Assembly: GCF_905372335.1 (NCBI RefSeq)
Contig: NZ_CAJPOU010000001.1
Location: 1,665-65,664 of the forward strand
Reading direction: 5' to 3'
DNA length: 64,000 nt
Source of the DNA: Streptococcus sp. A12
GTDB taxonomy: Bacteria; Bacillota; Bacilli; Lactobacillales; Streptococcaceae
Shown: piece by piece, positions 23,372-33,914 of the stretch
Layout of the letters: the number at the start of each line of letters is the position of its first letter
Position numbering within the stretch: position 1 is the first letter of the stretch
Notes under the pieces: generated by a model
What the model was told of the DNA's origin: nothing
The model's input: only the letters and a program-made list of their open reading frames with translations
The model's database searches: none
Made by a program: the position numbers and the translations under genes

Positions 23372-24099
23372 AAGAATACATAGCTAGTTTTATCAAAGAA
23401 AAAGACTTGAGTGAAAATTCACAGACGGCTTATTCTTATGATTTGGATCAGTTCGTGGATACTGTTCATAACCATGTCTCAGATACCAATCTTCGGATTT
23501 ATCAAGCTTCGATTAAAGATTTTAAACCAGCTGTTCAAAAACGGAAGCTTTCAGCCGTCAACCAATTTTTGTTTTATCTTTATCAACATCAAGTTATCGA
23601 GGATTACCATCGCTTGGTCCTTCCGAAAGTCTCTGTGCCGAAAAGCCACGACCAAGAACTATTGGACTTATCCCTCTTGTGGGAAGGGTCAGAACTATCC
23701 CAAGGCCGCTTGATTGCCCTATTGATTGTCGAGATGGGCTTGTTGCCTAGTGAAATTCTTCAGTTGAAAATCGTTGATATTGAACTCGACTTTCAGGTTT
23801 TACGAGTAGGAAAAGAAGGACAAAAACGGGTCTTGCGTATTCCGGAAGCTCTTCTAGGAGAGTTGACGGATTTGATGACGGGGACTTATTTATTTGATAA
23901 CAAGGGCAAGGCCTATTCACGTCAGTGGGGCTTCCGTCAATTAGAGTCCTTCCTGTTGGAAAAAGGATTTGAGAATCTTTCGGCGCAATCCTTACGGGAA
24001 CAATACATTTTAAAACAGAGAGAGCAGGGGATGGATCTGTTTAGCATCGCCCGCGAGCTCGGTTTAAAAACTCTTGTTACCTTAGAAAAGTATAAGTAA
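23368..24099 (+). CDS. xerD: Streptococcal XerD-like tyrosine recombinase with atypical active site
   Basis: [28 protein letters not shown] and AQSLR replace GxRxSE and HxLR. Confidence 0.8.
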   Translation: MKEYIASFIKEKDLSENSQTAYSYDLDQFVDTVHNHVSDTNLRIYQASIKDFKPAVQKRKLSAVNQFLFYLYQHQVIEDYHRLVLPKVSVPKSHDQELLDLSLLWEGSELSQGRLIALLIVEMGLLPSEILQLKIVDIELDFQVLRVGKEGQKRVLRIPEALLGELTDLMTGTYLFDNKGKAYSRQWGFRQLESFLLEKGFENLSAQSLREQYILKQREQGMDLFSIARELGLKTLVTLEKYK

Positions 24100-24809
24100 T
24101 GGATATTAAAATAAAGGATTTTGAAGGTCCCTTGGATCTTCTTTTACACCTCGTTTCAAAATACCAAATGGATATTTATGAGGTTCCTCTAATTGAGGTG
24201 ATTGAGCAGTACTTGGCCTATCTAACAACCCTTCAAGCCATGCGGTTAGAGGTTGCTGGTGAATACATGCTGATGGCCAGTCAGTTGACCTTGATTAAGA
24301 GTCGGCGTCTCCTTCCAAAAATTGCGGAGCAAGCAACGGATGAAGAAGATTTGGAGCAGGACCTCCTGTCTCAAATCGAAGAGTACCGGAAGTTTAAACT
24401 ACTGGGTGAAAAAATGGCCCTTCAACACGAGGAGAGAGCCCAGTACTTTTCAAAACCCAAAACGGAATTAGTCTATGATGATGATGAATTGGTCCATGAC
24501 AAGACCACGATAGATCTTTTCTTGGCCTTTTCAAAATTGTTAACGAAAAAGAAAGAAGAATTTCGACAAAATCATACGACTATTGTTCGAGACGAGTATA
24601 AAATTGAAGACCTGATGAATGTCGTTCGTCACTTGTGTCAACCTGGTAAGAGAATCTTGCTACAAGATATTTTTGAGGAAGCCAAGGATGTCAACGAACT
24701 GATTACAGTCTTTTTGGCGACTTTGGAATTAATTAAAGTACAAGAAGTTGAGGCTCTTCAAGAAGAACCATTTGGAGATATTATTTTAGTAGGATTAAAG
24801 AATGAGTAA
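24099..24809 (+). CDS. scpA: Segregation and condensation protein A
   Basis: [18 protein letters not shown]. Confidence 0.96.
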   Translation: MDIKIKDFEGPLDLLLHLVSKYQMDIYEVPLIEVIEQYLAYLTTLQAMRLEVAGEYMLMASQLTLIKSRRLLPKIAEQATDEEDLEQDLLSQIEEYRKFKLLGEKMALQHEERAQYFSKPKTELVYDDDELVHDKTTIDLFLAFSKLLTKKKEEFRQNHTTIVRDEYKIEDLMNVVRHLCQPGKRILLQDIFEEAKDVNELITVFLATLELIKVQEVEALQEEPFGDIILVGLKNE

Positions 24810-25371
24810 AATTGCAGAGATGGAGGCCCTCTTGTTTGTTGCAGGAGAAGATGGTTTAACGGTGAGACAGATTGCCGACCTCTTATCCCTTCCTCCCACA
24901 GGGGTGATTCAAAGTTTAGAAAAATTGGCCCAGAAATATGAGCAGGATCAAGATTCTAGTATGGCCTTATTAGAGACAGCGTCAACCTATAAATTAGTGA
25001 CCAAATCCCAATATGCAGAGCTGTTACGTGAGTATTCAAAGTCACCAATGAATCAAAGTCTCTCTCGTGCCGCCTTGGAAACTCTCTCTATCATTGCCTA
25101 TAAACAGCCGATTACTCGGATTGAAGTCGATGATATTCGAGGGGTTAACTCAAGTGGAGCTATTTCAAAATTACTTTCTTTTGAGTTGATTCGAGAAGAT
25201 GGGAAGAAAGAAGTCATTGGGAGACCTAATCTCTATGTGACGACAGATTACTTTTTGGATTACATGGGGATAAACCATCTAGACGAGCTACCAATTGTTG
25301 AAGAGACTGAGTTAATCGGTCAAGAAAGCCAATTATTTACAGAAAGAACTGAGGAAATTGATGAGAATTAA
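24802..25371 (+). CDS. scpB: Segregation and condensation protein B
   Basis: [26 protein letters not shown]. Confidence 0.96.
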   Translation: MSKIAEMEALLFVAGEDGLTVRQIADLLSLPPTGVIQSLEKLAQKYEQDQDSSMALLETASTYKLVTKSQYAELLREYSKSPMNQSLSRAALETLSIIAYKQPITRIEVDDIRGVNSSGAISKLLSFELIREDGKKEVIGRPNLYVTTDYFLDYMGINHLDELPIVEETELIGQESQLFTERTEEIDEN

Positions 25372-26089
25372 TAAATATATTGCTCATGCTGGTATCGCAA
25401 GCCGCCGCAAAGCAGAGGCATTGATTAAGCAAGGCCTTGTCACTGTAAATGGCCAAGTGGTCCGTGAATTGGCGACGACGATCAAGTCTGGAGACAAGGT
25501 AGAAGTAGAAGGTCAACCAATATACAATGAGGAGAAGGTTTACTACCTCTTAAATAAACCAAGAGGGGTCATCTCCAGTGTATCAGACGATAAAGGGAGA
25601 CCAACTGTTATTGATTTGTTACCGCAAGTCAAGGAACGGATTTATCCTGTCGGTCGTTTGGACTGGGATACTTCTGGTGTCCTGATTTTGACCAATGATG
25701 GTGATTTTACGGATGAAATGATCCACCCGCGTAATGAGATTGATAAGGTTTATGTTGCGCGCGTGAAGGGATTGGCGAACAAAGAAAACTTGCGTCCCTT
25801 GACTCGTGGTGTGACCATTGATGGCAAAAAGACCAAGCCAGCTACCTATGAGATTCTAAAGGTTGATCCAGAAAAGAATCGCTCAGTTGTCCAATTGACC
25901 ATCCATGAAGGACGCAATCACCAAGTCAAAAAGATGTTTGAAGCCGTTGGCCTCTTGGTGGATAAATTGTCCCGGACCCAATTTGGAAATCTAGACGTTT
26001 CTGGACTTCGTCCTGGTGAATACCGCCGTCTCAATAAAAAAGAAATTAGCCAATTGCATACCCTTGCAGTGACAAAGACGAAAAAATAA
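25361..26089 (+). CDS. rluB: rRNA pseudouridine synthase (RluB/RsuA family)
   Basis: S4 domain, [15 protein letters not shown]. Confidence 0.9.
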   Translation: MRINKYIAHAGIASRRKAEALIKQGLVTVNGQVVRELATTIKSGDKVEVEGQPIYNEEKVYYLLNKPRGVISSVSDDKGRPTVIDLLPQVKERIYPVGRLDWDTSGVLILTNDGDFTDEMIHPRNEIDKVYVARVKGLANKENLRPLTRGVTIDGKKTKPATYEILKVDPEKNRSVVQLTIHEGRNHQVKKMFEAVGLLVDKLSRTQFGNLDVSGLRPGEYRRLNKKEISQLHTLAVTKTKK

Positions 26090-26343
26090 TGAAGAAATGT
26101 GCGATCGGCCTTGTTCGTCTCTATCAACGCCTTCTTTCTCCCCTCTTTCCACCTTCCTGTCGCTATAGTCCTACCTGTTCCAACTATATGATCCAGTCTA
26201 TTGAACGGCATGGTTTGAAAGGGATTCTGATGGGGCTTGCTCGGATTCTTCGTTGCCATCCCTGGAGCAAGACTGGAGTAGATCCAGTTCCAGATCATTT
26301 CAGTCTGAGAAGCCACCTAGAAGAAGAGAAAAGCGAAAATTAA
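26089..26343 (+). CDS. yidD: Membrane protein insertion efficiency factor YidD
   Basis: [20 protein letters not shown]. Confidence 0.95.
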   Translation: MKKCAIGLVRLYQRLLSPLFPPSCRYSPTCSNYMIQSIERHGLKGILMGLARILRCHPWSKTGVDPVPDHFSLRSHLEEEKSEN

Positions 26344-26420
26344 GTTAGAGCAAACTTCTATAAGAAGTCATACTCAGAGCAAAGAAAAAAGTTTTGGAAA
26401 TTCTCCAAAACTTTTTGTTT

Positions 26421-27881
26421 TTAGCGATCTGACCAGGTGCGAGGCATAAAGAGTAGTAACATCGGGTAGATCTCTAACCGTCCTGCAATCATGGCAATTG
26501 ATAGTAAGAATTTAGAGATGGGGCTAAAGATAGCGAAGGTATCCGTTGTCCCAATCATCGGTCCGATATTGTTAAAGCAACTAAAGACTGCACTGACAAC
26601 CGTCATAAAATTGTTGCTGTCAAAGCTGACAACCGCAATGAGGGCGATTGTAATCAAGGTATAGACTACGAAATATTTTAAGATTTTGTGCTGGGTGTCT
26701 TTATCCAAGGCAGTGCCATTCACATGCAGGGTCATCACCCGATTGGGCGAGAGAGTCGAACGAATTTGATTCTTCCCGATCCGAGCTAGAATTAAGCAGC
26801 GAATCACTTTTAGTCCCCCAGCCGTTGACCCAGCGGATCCACCAACCACCATGAGCATGAGAAGGAGGAACTGAGAAAAGAGCGGCCAATCAACAGTATT
26901 GCCAAAACCAAATCCAGTCGTGGTAATGACATTGGAGACTTGGAAAAAGGACATTTCAAAACTATCTGCAAAATTATGATAGAGATGGAAAATGTTGCAG
27001 GCAATCAGAAGGGAAGAAACCCCGACAATCATCAGGTAGGTGCGAAGTTCTTCATCGCCGAAGAAGGCTTTGAACTTGCGAAGCATGATGTAGTAATAAA
27101 GGTTAAAATTGACCCCAAAGACCAAGACTCCAAAGCTGACCAAATAGGTGATGAGCGTCGAATGGTAGTGGGCAATCCCGTCGTTGAAGACGGTGAATCC
27201 ACCGGTACCAGCAGTTCCCATAGCAATGATAAAGCTATCATAAAGAGGCATGCCAGCACAGAAGTAGATCACGACAAAGAGGAAGAAGAGGGCCAAATAG
27301 AGGTAATAAAGGATTTGAGCTGTGTTCTTCAATTTGGATACAATTTTACCAAATACGGGACCAGGCACTTCTGCCTTCATCACTTCGAGGTGGCTGTTCT
27401 TGTTATTGTCCATAATAGCTAGTGCAAAGACTAGCACCCCCATCCCTCCAATCAAGTGGGTGAAACTACGCCAGAAAAGAAGGGAAGGACTGAGGACGGA
27501 GACGTCATTTAAAATGGTTGCCCCTGTAGTCGTAAAACCAGAGCTAACTTCGAAAAATGCATCAATGATGTTTGGGATTTGTCCTGAAAAGACAAAAGGA
27601 AGAGCACCAAAGAAGGACCAGAGGATCCAACACAAAGCCACAATCAGAACGCCTTCCTTAGCATAGATGTGAAAATCTTTGGGTTTGAAAAAGGAACCAA
27701 TGCCTCCCAATATAAGGAGGATGGCAATGGTTGCAAATAGGGAGATAAAGACAGTTGGGCTATCCTTGACAACAAAATCGTTCTTTAGATTGAGAAGTGC
27801 AACCACAATCGGCACACAGAGCAACATGGCTTCAATCAGAAGGAGTTTTGCTAAAAGGTAGCGAATCATACTTTTGTTCAT
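26421..27881 (-). CDS. trkH: Trk potassium uptake membrane subunit
   Basis: SGFTTTGA, TTTGF, GSTAGG, NIGP filter motifs. Confidence 0.95.
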   Translation of the reverse strand: MNKSMIRYLLAKLLLIEAMLLCVPIVVALLNLKNDFVVKDSPTVFISLFATIAILLILGGIGSFFKPKDFHIYAKEGVLIVALCWILWSFFGALPFVFSGQIPNIIDAFFEVSSGFTTTGATILNDVSVLSPSLLFWRSFTHLIGGMGVLVFALAIMDNNKNSHLEVMKAEVPGPVFGKIVSKLKNTAQILYYLYLALFFLFVVIYFCAGMPLYDSFIIAMGTAGTGGFTVFNDGIAHYHSTLITYLVSFGVLVFGVNFNLYYYIMLRKFKAFFGDEELRTYLMIVGVSSLLIACNIFHLYHNFADSFEMSFFQVSNVITTTGFGFGNTVDWPLFSQFLLLMLMVVGGSAGSTAGGLKVIRCLILARIGKNQIRSTLSPNRVMTLHVNGTALDKDTQHKILKYFVVYTLITIALIAVVSFDSNNFMTVVSAVFSCFNNIGPMIGTTDTFAIFSPISKFLLSIAMIAGRLEIYPMLLLFMPRTWSDR

Positions 27882-27884
27882 GGC

Positions 27885-29240
27885 TTACCCCTCTAACAAA
27901 TCATAGATTTTAGTGATGTTGCTGATTAGGGTAGTAACGATAATGCGATCCCCTATCAAAAGATGGTCATCTCCAGTTGGGAAAATAGCTTTCCCGTTTC
28001 GAATAATGGCTGCGATGAGAACACCTTTTTTCAATTTCAGTTGTGCCAAAGGTTTGCCCGTCATTTTGTTTTCTTCGCGAATCTGGAATTGAAGGGTCTC
28101 GATTTGACCGTTGGCGACGTGGTGCAAGGCTTCAAGATTTGAATAGCGGGCATTATAGCGACCACGAATGAAGTGCATGATGGTGTCCACTGCAATGCCT
28201 TTGGGTGTCACAATACTTGAAAAATCTTGCCGATCAATAATTTCCAGTAGGCTAGTCCGGTTGACCTTGGTAATATTCTTTTGAACACCTACGCTATTTA
28301 GGAACATAGAAGCGATAATATTTTCTTCATCGACCCCTGTTAGAGTCGCCACGGCATCAAAGTTACCTGCGCGCTCTTCCATTAGAATATCTTTTGATGT
28401 CCCATCTCCCTGGATAACATAGAGATCAGGGAATTCTTGACTAAACCATTCTGCCCGTTTTTGATCGATTTCAATGACTTTTAAGTCGATCTTCCGTTTG
28501 CTATTTTCCAAAATATTTAGGAGGTAGTAAGAAATCTTGCCAGCTCCAATCAAAAGCAGACTTTTAACAACTTGCGGTCGAATGCTATTGTGGAAACTTA
28601 CAATTTCGACTCGATTTCCAGTCATGAAAATCTTATCAAAGGCTTGTAAAGTGAAGTCGCCATCTGGAATCGTTAACTGACCTTGCCGTTCGATAGCACA
28701 GATAATGATGTTTCCGTATTTCTTTCTGAATTGAGAAAGAGTCATCTGGCAGAGCGGGCTTTCCTCCTTGATTTTGAACTCCATGAAGGCCACTCGACCA
28801 CCAGCGAAGTGCTCAACAGATAAGGCATTTGGGAAGTCAATGCTATTAGCGATATAGCGAGCAGCAAGAAGCTCAGGATTGACGACTAGTGAGAAGCCGA
28901 GAATATTTTTCTCTTTAAAATAGGAATTTGAGTATTCCGGATTGCGGACCCGGACAATGGTTTCTTTGGCTCCCATTTTTTTGGCTAAGACGGCAGAAAC
29001 CATGTTAACTTCGTCTTGCTCTGTCAGGGCGACAAAGATGTCACAGTCGGCCACATCTGCTTGTTCTAGAATCTTAAAGTTGGCACCATTTCCAACAATA
29101 CCAATGATATCGTAGCGTTTGGTAATGTGATTAACGACGGCTTCATCTTGTTCGATCAAAATGACATCGTGATTTTCTGCGACGAGGGAACGACAGAGTG
29201 CTGTTCCGACTTTACCGCCTCCAACTACAATAATTTTCAT
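27885..29240 (-). CDS. trkA: Trk potassium uptake regulatory subunit
   Basis: Two RCK domains with GGGKVG and GAGKIS. Confidence 0.95.
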   Translation of the reverse strand: MKIIVVGGGKVGTALCRSLVAENHDVILIEQDEAVVNHITKRYDIIGIVGNGANFKILEQADVADCDIFVALTEQDEVNMVSAVLAKKMGAKETIVRVRNPEYSNSYFKEKNILGFSLVVNPELLAARYIANSIDFPNALSVEHFAGGRVAFMEFKIKEESPLCQMTLSQFRKKYGNIIICAIERQGQLTIPDGDFTLQAFDKIFMTGNRVEIVSFHNSIRPQVVKSLLLIGAGKISYYLLNILENSKRKIDLKVIEIDQKRAEWFSQEFPDLYVIQGDGTSKDILMEERAGNFDAVATLTGVDEENIIASMFLNSVGVQKNITKVNRTSLLEIIDRQDFSSIVTPKGIAVDTIMHFIRGRYNARYSNLEALHHVANGQIETLQFQIREENKMTGKPLAQLKLKKGVLIAAIIRNGKAIFPTGDDHLLIGDRIIVTTLISNITKIYDLLEG

Positions 29241-29420
29241 GAATATTTCCTCCAAAGTATGATTCTATCTTACTCTATTTTCAAAAAAAAATCACCTTTT
29301 AATAGTGGAAATAGGGCATAAAGAACCAGATTCTCTAAACTACATGAAAGAGGATGTAAAAAAGTGAAATTTTTTTGTCGAAATAGTTGACAGGAGGCAT
29401 GAAAGTGGTATACTGATACA

Positions 29421-29522
29421 GTAACCTCATTGATTTACCTCAAACCTGTTGTGAGTTAAGTTAATGAAGTCGTAACCACGCTGTTTGCTGAGCTTGACTC
29501 CGGGCAGTGTGGCTATTTTTTT
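29421..29522 (+). ncRNA. Candidate ~100-nt small RNA / leader upstream of trmL (possibly Spd-sr37-like)
   Basis: TTGACA 29387, TATACT 29409; ends in hairpin ccacgctg/cagtgtgg plus U-tract. Confidence 0.6.
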
Positions 29523-29540
29523 GCCAGAAATGAGATTGTG

Positions 29541-30083
29541 ATGAATATTGAAGAATTAGCTTATACAGAAACCAAATCAAAAAACCATGTAGTTCTCTAT
29601 CAACCTCAAATCCCCCAAAACACAGGGAACATTGCTCGTACTTGTGCAGCTACCAATGCCCCCCTTCACATCATTCGGCCCATGGCTTTTCCTATCGATG
29701 ATCGGAAGATGAAACGTGCGGGACTGGATTATTGGGATAAGTTAGATGTTCGCTTCTACGACAGCTTGGATGAATTTATGGAGGCCGCAGCTGGAGGAAA
29801 GGTCCACCTGGTTTCAAAATTTGCTGACCAGACCTATTCAGATGTGGATTACAATGATGATGCAGAACATTATTTCATTTTTGGTCGCGAGGACAAAGGT
29901 TTGCCAGAGGATTTTATGCGGCTTCATGCTGAAAAGGCGATTCGGATTCCGATGAATGATGAGCATGTTCGAAGCTTGAATGTCTCCAATACCGTTTGTA
30001 TGATTGTATACGAAGCCCTCAGACAACAGGAGTTTGCAGGCTTAGAGTTGGTCCATCAGTATGAGGGAGATAAGTTGAAGTAG
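29541..30083 (+). CDS. trmL: tRNA (cytidine/uridine-34 2'-O)-methyltransferase
   Basis: [36 protein letters not shown]. Confidence 0.95.
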   Translation: MNIEELAYTETKSKNHVVLYQPQIPQNTGNIARTCAATNAPLHIIRPMAFPIDDRKMKRAGLDYWDKLDVRFYDSLDEFMEAAAGGKVHLVSKFADQTYSDVDYNDDAEHYFIFGREDKGLPEDFMRLHAEKAIRIPMNDEHVRSLNVSNTVCMIVYEALRQQEFAGLELVHQYEGDKLK

Positions 30084-30170
30084 GAAGAGGCTCTTTGCAA
30101 AAGGGGTTTCGTTGTAACTTTTGATATTACAAAACACTTGCAATAGCAGGTGTTTTTTGTTATGATTAAG

Positions 30171-30401
30171 GAGTCTTCAGGGCAGGGTGTAATTCCCGAC
30201 CGGCGGTGACTTTTACTAGGAAATGCTCTTTTCCTTTTCTACTTTGTTGCCAAGCTTTGCCTAACTAAAAGTTATGCCTAGAGCTTGTCGCCTCGTCTAA
30301 AAGAAAAATCTCCATTTCCATACTCTAAAAGAAGTCCGCGAGCGCAAGCTGATGTGGTGTGACTCCACAACCGACAGTATAGTCTGGATGGGAGAAGACG
30401 A
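30171..30401 (+). promoter_or_regulatory. FMN riboswitch (RFN element) with large internal insertion
   Basis: cagggcagggtgtaattcccgaccggcggt ... ccgacagtatagtctggatgggagaagac; upstream of ribU; promoter ttgcaa-17-tatgat. Confidence 0.93.
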
Positions 30402-30618
30402 GAGAGGAACAAACCTGTTCTTATTGATGATGGACTTGATGGAAATTTTGTTGATTTTATAAGAAATTAGTCTTTGCGCTTTTTCTTGTAGCATCAGGGC
30501 TTTTTTCGTTAAGTATTAAGGAACTGTTTAAGTTTTCTTTAAAACGATTGAAATAGAATAAGGTTAAGGGAATCTTTCCAACTTCTTCTAATTTTAGTAA
30601 AAATTGGAGGAACCTGTG

Positions 30619-31176
30619 ATGACAAATACTCGTAAACTGACCCTAGTGGCTGTTTTATCTGCACTTTCTTTTCTATTGATGTTTTATCAACTATCAATAG
30701 GGATTGATTTTTTAAAGGTTGACTTTAGTACGATTCCAATCTTACTCGCCTTAGTTCTATTAGATTTGAAGAGCTCAGTTGTGGTGGTTTTGATTCGATC
30801 GCTTCTCAAGTTAGTTTTGAATGGTCGAGGAGCTGAGACCTTGGTTGGCTTACCAGTTAACATAATTGCTGTCTTAGTCTTTGTCTTAGCATTTGCAGTC
30901 ATTTGGAATAAGAAGAGAAACCAGGTTCGGTTTGTGATTGCTAGTCTAGTTGGGACCATTGGTTTAACCATTTCCATGCTCCTAGTCAATTACTATTATG
31001 CCATCCCTCTCTATGCTAAATTTGTTGGTTTTGACATAGCAAAGATGGTCGGAGTTGAAAAGTATCTTCTCAGTATGGTTGTTCCCTTTAATCTAATAGA
31101 AGGACTGATTTGGGCTGTGACCTTCTGGATGGTATACGCCGTCGTACAGCCCCTACTTAAAATCTATGAAAAATAA
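30619..31176 (+). CDS. ribU: ECF transporter S component for riboflavin
   Basis: FLKVDFS, PLYA, PFNLIEG; downstream of FMN riboswitch. Confidence 0.9.
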   Translation: MTNTRKLTLVAVLSALSFLLMFYQLSIGIDFLKVDFSTIPILLALVLLDLKSSVVVVLIRSLLKLVLNGRGAETLVGLPVNIIAVLVFVLAFAVIWNKKRNQVRFVIASLVGTIGLTISMLLVNYYYAIPLYAKFVGFDIAKMVGVEKYLLSMVVPFNLIEGLIWAVTFWMVYAVVQPLLKIYEK

Positions 31177-31816
31177 ACAATCTCATTTTTTAAAGGGCTC
31201 TTTTGCCCTTTTGTTATTTATGATTCTGGGCTATGTAGTCAAATTTTATCCTGAAAATTTAGTCGGAATCGATCAACCGATTCAATCGGCTATTCGCGGG
31301 GATTTACCAGCCTATTTGACAGCCTTCTTTACCCGTGTCACAGTGCTGATGAACACACCAGTTGTTGCATCCTGGGTTGGCGTCATTGTCCTCTTCTTTG
31401 TCTGGAAGAAATGGTATACGGAGGCCCTCCTCCTCACCGGGAGTTTGGTTACAACTGGATTACTCGTGGTGATCCTGAAACACATCTATTTACGCCCACG
31501 GCCAGCACTGCAACATTTGGTCCAAGAAGGGGGCTATTCTTTTCCAAGTGGTCACTCCTTAGCCGCCACCCTCGTCTTCGGTAGTTTGATCATTGTGGTA
31601 GGGCAACGGATGACCTCTCAAGTCGGGAAAGTCCTGGCTCAGATTGCCCTCTTCCTCTGTATAGTAACCATCGTTGTATCTCGTGTCTATGTTGGGGTTC
31701 ATTACCCGACAGACGTCACAGGAAGTATACTTTTGGGATTTGGTCTTTTGCAAATGGTCTTTCCTTATTACGACCGTTTGCGTTTTGAATGGCGCTTTAA
31801 GAGTAAGCAGAAGTAA
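31166..31816 (+). CDS. PAP2 family phosphatase
   Basis: K..RPRP, SFPSGHS, SRVYVGVHYPTD. Confidence 0.93.
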   Translation: MKNKQSHFLKGSFALLLFMILGYVVKFYPENLVGIDQPIQSAIRGDLPAYLTAFFTRVTVLMNTPVVASWVGVIVLFFVWKKWYTEALLLTGSLVTTGLLVVILKHIYLRPRPALQHLVQEGGYSFPSGHSLAATLVFGSLIIVVGQRMTSQVGKVLAQIALFLCIVTIVVSRVYVGVHYPTDVTGSILLGFGLLQMVFPYYDRLRFEWRFKSKQK

Positions 31817-31819
31817 AGC

Positions 31820-32131
31820 ATGAACGATTTATTTGAAGAAAAGGTCCTAAAGGTCGTTGCTCAGATTCCCCTGGGATGTGTGGCCACCTATGGTCAAATT
31901 GCCCAACTCATTGGATATCCTCGTCACGCCCGCCAGGTCGGCAAGGTCTTGGCTACTTCTACAAAAGCTGTGACCTATCCCTGTCATCGGGTCGTGACCT
32001 CTACTGGTCGCCTGGCTCCTGATTGGGAAGAGCAAGGCACGCTTCTCTGGGCAGAAGGGGTGGAATGCAAATCCAACGGTTGTGTGGATCTTAAAAAATA
32101 CAAATGGAAAGCAGAGGAGACTCAACTTTGA
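31820..32131 (+). CDS. MGMT family DNA-binding protein (alkyltransferase-like)
   Basis: ATYGQIA, ARQVG, PCHRVV. Confidence 0.9.
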   Translation: MNDLFEEKVLKVVAQIPLGCVATYGQIAQLIGYPRHARQVGKVLATSTKAVTYPCHRVVTSTGRLAPDWEEQGTLLWAEGVECKSNGCVDLKKYKWKAEETQL

Positions 32132-32163
32132 GTTCACTCTGCTTTTTTGCTATAATGAGGGGT

Positions 32164-33087
32164 ATGAAATCCTATACGACCTTAAATGATTATTACCGAA
32201 CCTTATTTGGAGAAAAGACCTTCAAAGTCCCAATCGATGCGGGCTTTGACTGTCCCAATCGTGATGGAACTGTTGCTCGTGGGGGCTGTACTTTTTGTAC
32301 AGTTTCTGGCTCTGGGGACGCCATCGTAGCACCAGATGCCCCTATTCGGGATCAGTTTTACAAAGAAATTGATTTTATGCACCGCAAATGGCCCGATGTC
32401 AAAAAGTATTTGGTCTATTTTCAAAATTTCACTAATACGCATGAATCCGTCGATGTCATTCGGGAGCGCTATGAGCAAGCCATCAATGAACCGGGTGTCG
32501 TAGGGATTAACATCGGGACACGACCAGACTGCTTGCCGGATGAAACATTGGCCTATCTAGCAGAATTGACAGAGCGCATGCATGTGACTATTGAGCTGGG
32601 TTTGCAGACGACCTATGAAACGACATCTGGATTGATCAACCGAGCCCATAGCTATGAACTCTATGTGGAAACGGTGAAGCGGATTCGCCAACAGGTCCCT
32701 AAGGCAGAGATTGTTTCACACTTAATTAACGGTCTTCCAGGGGAGACGCATGAGATGATGGTGGAAAATGTCCGCCGTTGTGTAACAGACAACGATATCC
32801 AGGGCATTAAATTGCACCTGCTCCATCTGATGACCAATACCCGGATGCAACGAGACTACCATGAAGGGCGATTGCAATTGATGAGTCAGGAGGAATACGT
32901 GTCGGTCATCTGTGACCAACTGGAGATTATTCCCAAGGAGATCGTCATCCACCGGATTACAGGAGATGCTCCACGCGAAATGCTGATAGGACCGATGTGG
33001 AGTCTCAATAAGTGGGAAGTACTGAATGCTATTGAAACAGAAATGCGTCGCCGTGGAAGTGTTCAAGGTTGTAAAGTAGGAAAATAG
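32164..33087 (+). CDS. ytqA: TIGR01212 radical SAM protein (YtqA/MnmL-like)
   Basis: CPNRDG..GGCTFC, GTRPDC, ELGLQT, IHRITGD. Confidence 0.88.
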   Translation: MKSYTTLNDYYRTLFGEKTFKVPIDAGFDCPNRDGTVARGGCTFCTVSGSGDAIVAPDAPIRDQFYKEIDFMHRKWPDVKKYLVYFQNFTNTHESVDVIRERYEQAINEPGVVGINIGTRPDCLPDETLAYLAELTERMHVTIELGLQTTYETTSGLINRAHSYELYVETVKRIRQQVPKAEIVSHLINGLPGETHEMMVENVRRCVTDNDIQGIKLHLLHLMTNTRMQRDYHEGRLQLMSQEEYVSVICDQLEIIPKEIVIHRITGDAPREMLIGPMWSLNKWEVLNAIETEMRRRGSVQGCKVGK

Positions 33088-33097
33088 GAGGAGTAGC

Positions 33098-33655
33098 ATG
33101 TTGCGACCATTAGAGATGGCCCATGATTTTCTTAGGGAGGTCATTACAGATCAAGATACTGTGGTTGATGCGACCATGGGCAATGGGCATGATACCCTTT
33201 TCTTGGCGAAACTAGCCAAAGAAGTCTATGCATTTGATATTCAAGAACAGGCCTTGATCCATACGCAAAAGCGCTTGGAAGAAGCAGGACTTTCCAATGC
33301 CCATCTTCTTTTAAAGGGGCATGAAGAAATAGATCTTTATGTGGACCAGGTCAAGGCGGCTATCTTCAACTTAGGCTATCTTCCTTCAGCAGACAAGTCC
33401 ATCATTACCCAGCCTAAAACAACGATCCAAGCCATCGATAAACTTTGTCACTGCTTGATCAAGGGTGGGCGGATTGCCATTATGATCTATTATGGTCATG
33501 AGGGTGGGGACCTAGAAAAAGATGCTGTCTTGGAGTTTGTCTCCCAACTTCCTCAACAAGAATTTACGGTCACTAGTTACCGGACCCTGAACCAGATCAA
33601 TCATCCCCCATTTTTGGTCATGATCGAAAAATTAGAAAGTTACCGTCATGGATAA
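33098..33655 (+). CDS. ytqB: SAM-dependent methyltransferase (YtqB/MnmM-like)
   Basis: DATMGNGHDT, FNLGYLP, YYGHEGG; paired with ytqA. Confidence 0.88.
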   Translation: MLRPLEMAHDFLREVITDQDTVVDATMGNGHDTLFLAKLAKEVYAFDIQEQALIHTQKRLEEAGLSNAHLLLKGHEEIDLYVDQVKAAIFNLGYLPSADKSIITQPKTTIQAIDKLCHCLIKGGRIAIMIYYGHEGGDLEKDAVLEFVSQLPQQEFTVTSYRTLNQINHPPFLVMIEKLESYRHG

Positions 33656-33911
33656 AGAATTTTTAAAAAATAAAATTGATACTCTTCGCCACGATTTTGT
33701 GGAGTCCACCTCTCATGAACGTGCCGTTGGTTTTTTAGATGAAGCACGGATGAGCAAAAAGATGATCAAAATCAAGAAGAAGTTGGTTTCTCTTGAAATG
33801 GAACGTTGCCAGAAGAAAATTGAGCACAAGGATCTGACAAAGATTGATCAAAAGATCCAAGAACAAAAGCAACTCTTTGAGGATTGTTGTAACCAACGAT
33901 CAGGAGGATAA
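33648..33911 (+). CDS. Hypothetical coiled-coil protein
   Basis: ORF overlaps or abuts both neighbours. Confidence 0.7.
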   Translation: MDKEFLKNKIDTLRHDFVESTSHERAVGFLDEARMSKKMIKIKKKLVSLEMERCQKKIEHKDLTKIDQKIQEQKQLFEDCCNQRSGG

Positions 33912-33914
33912 GGG

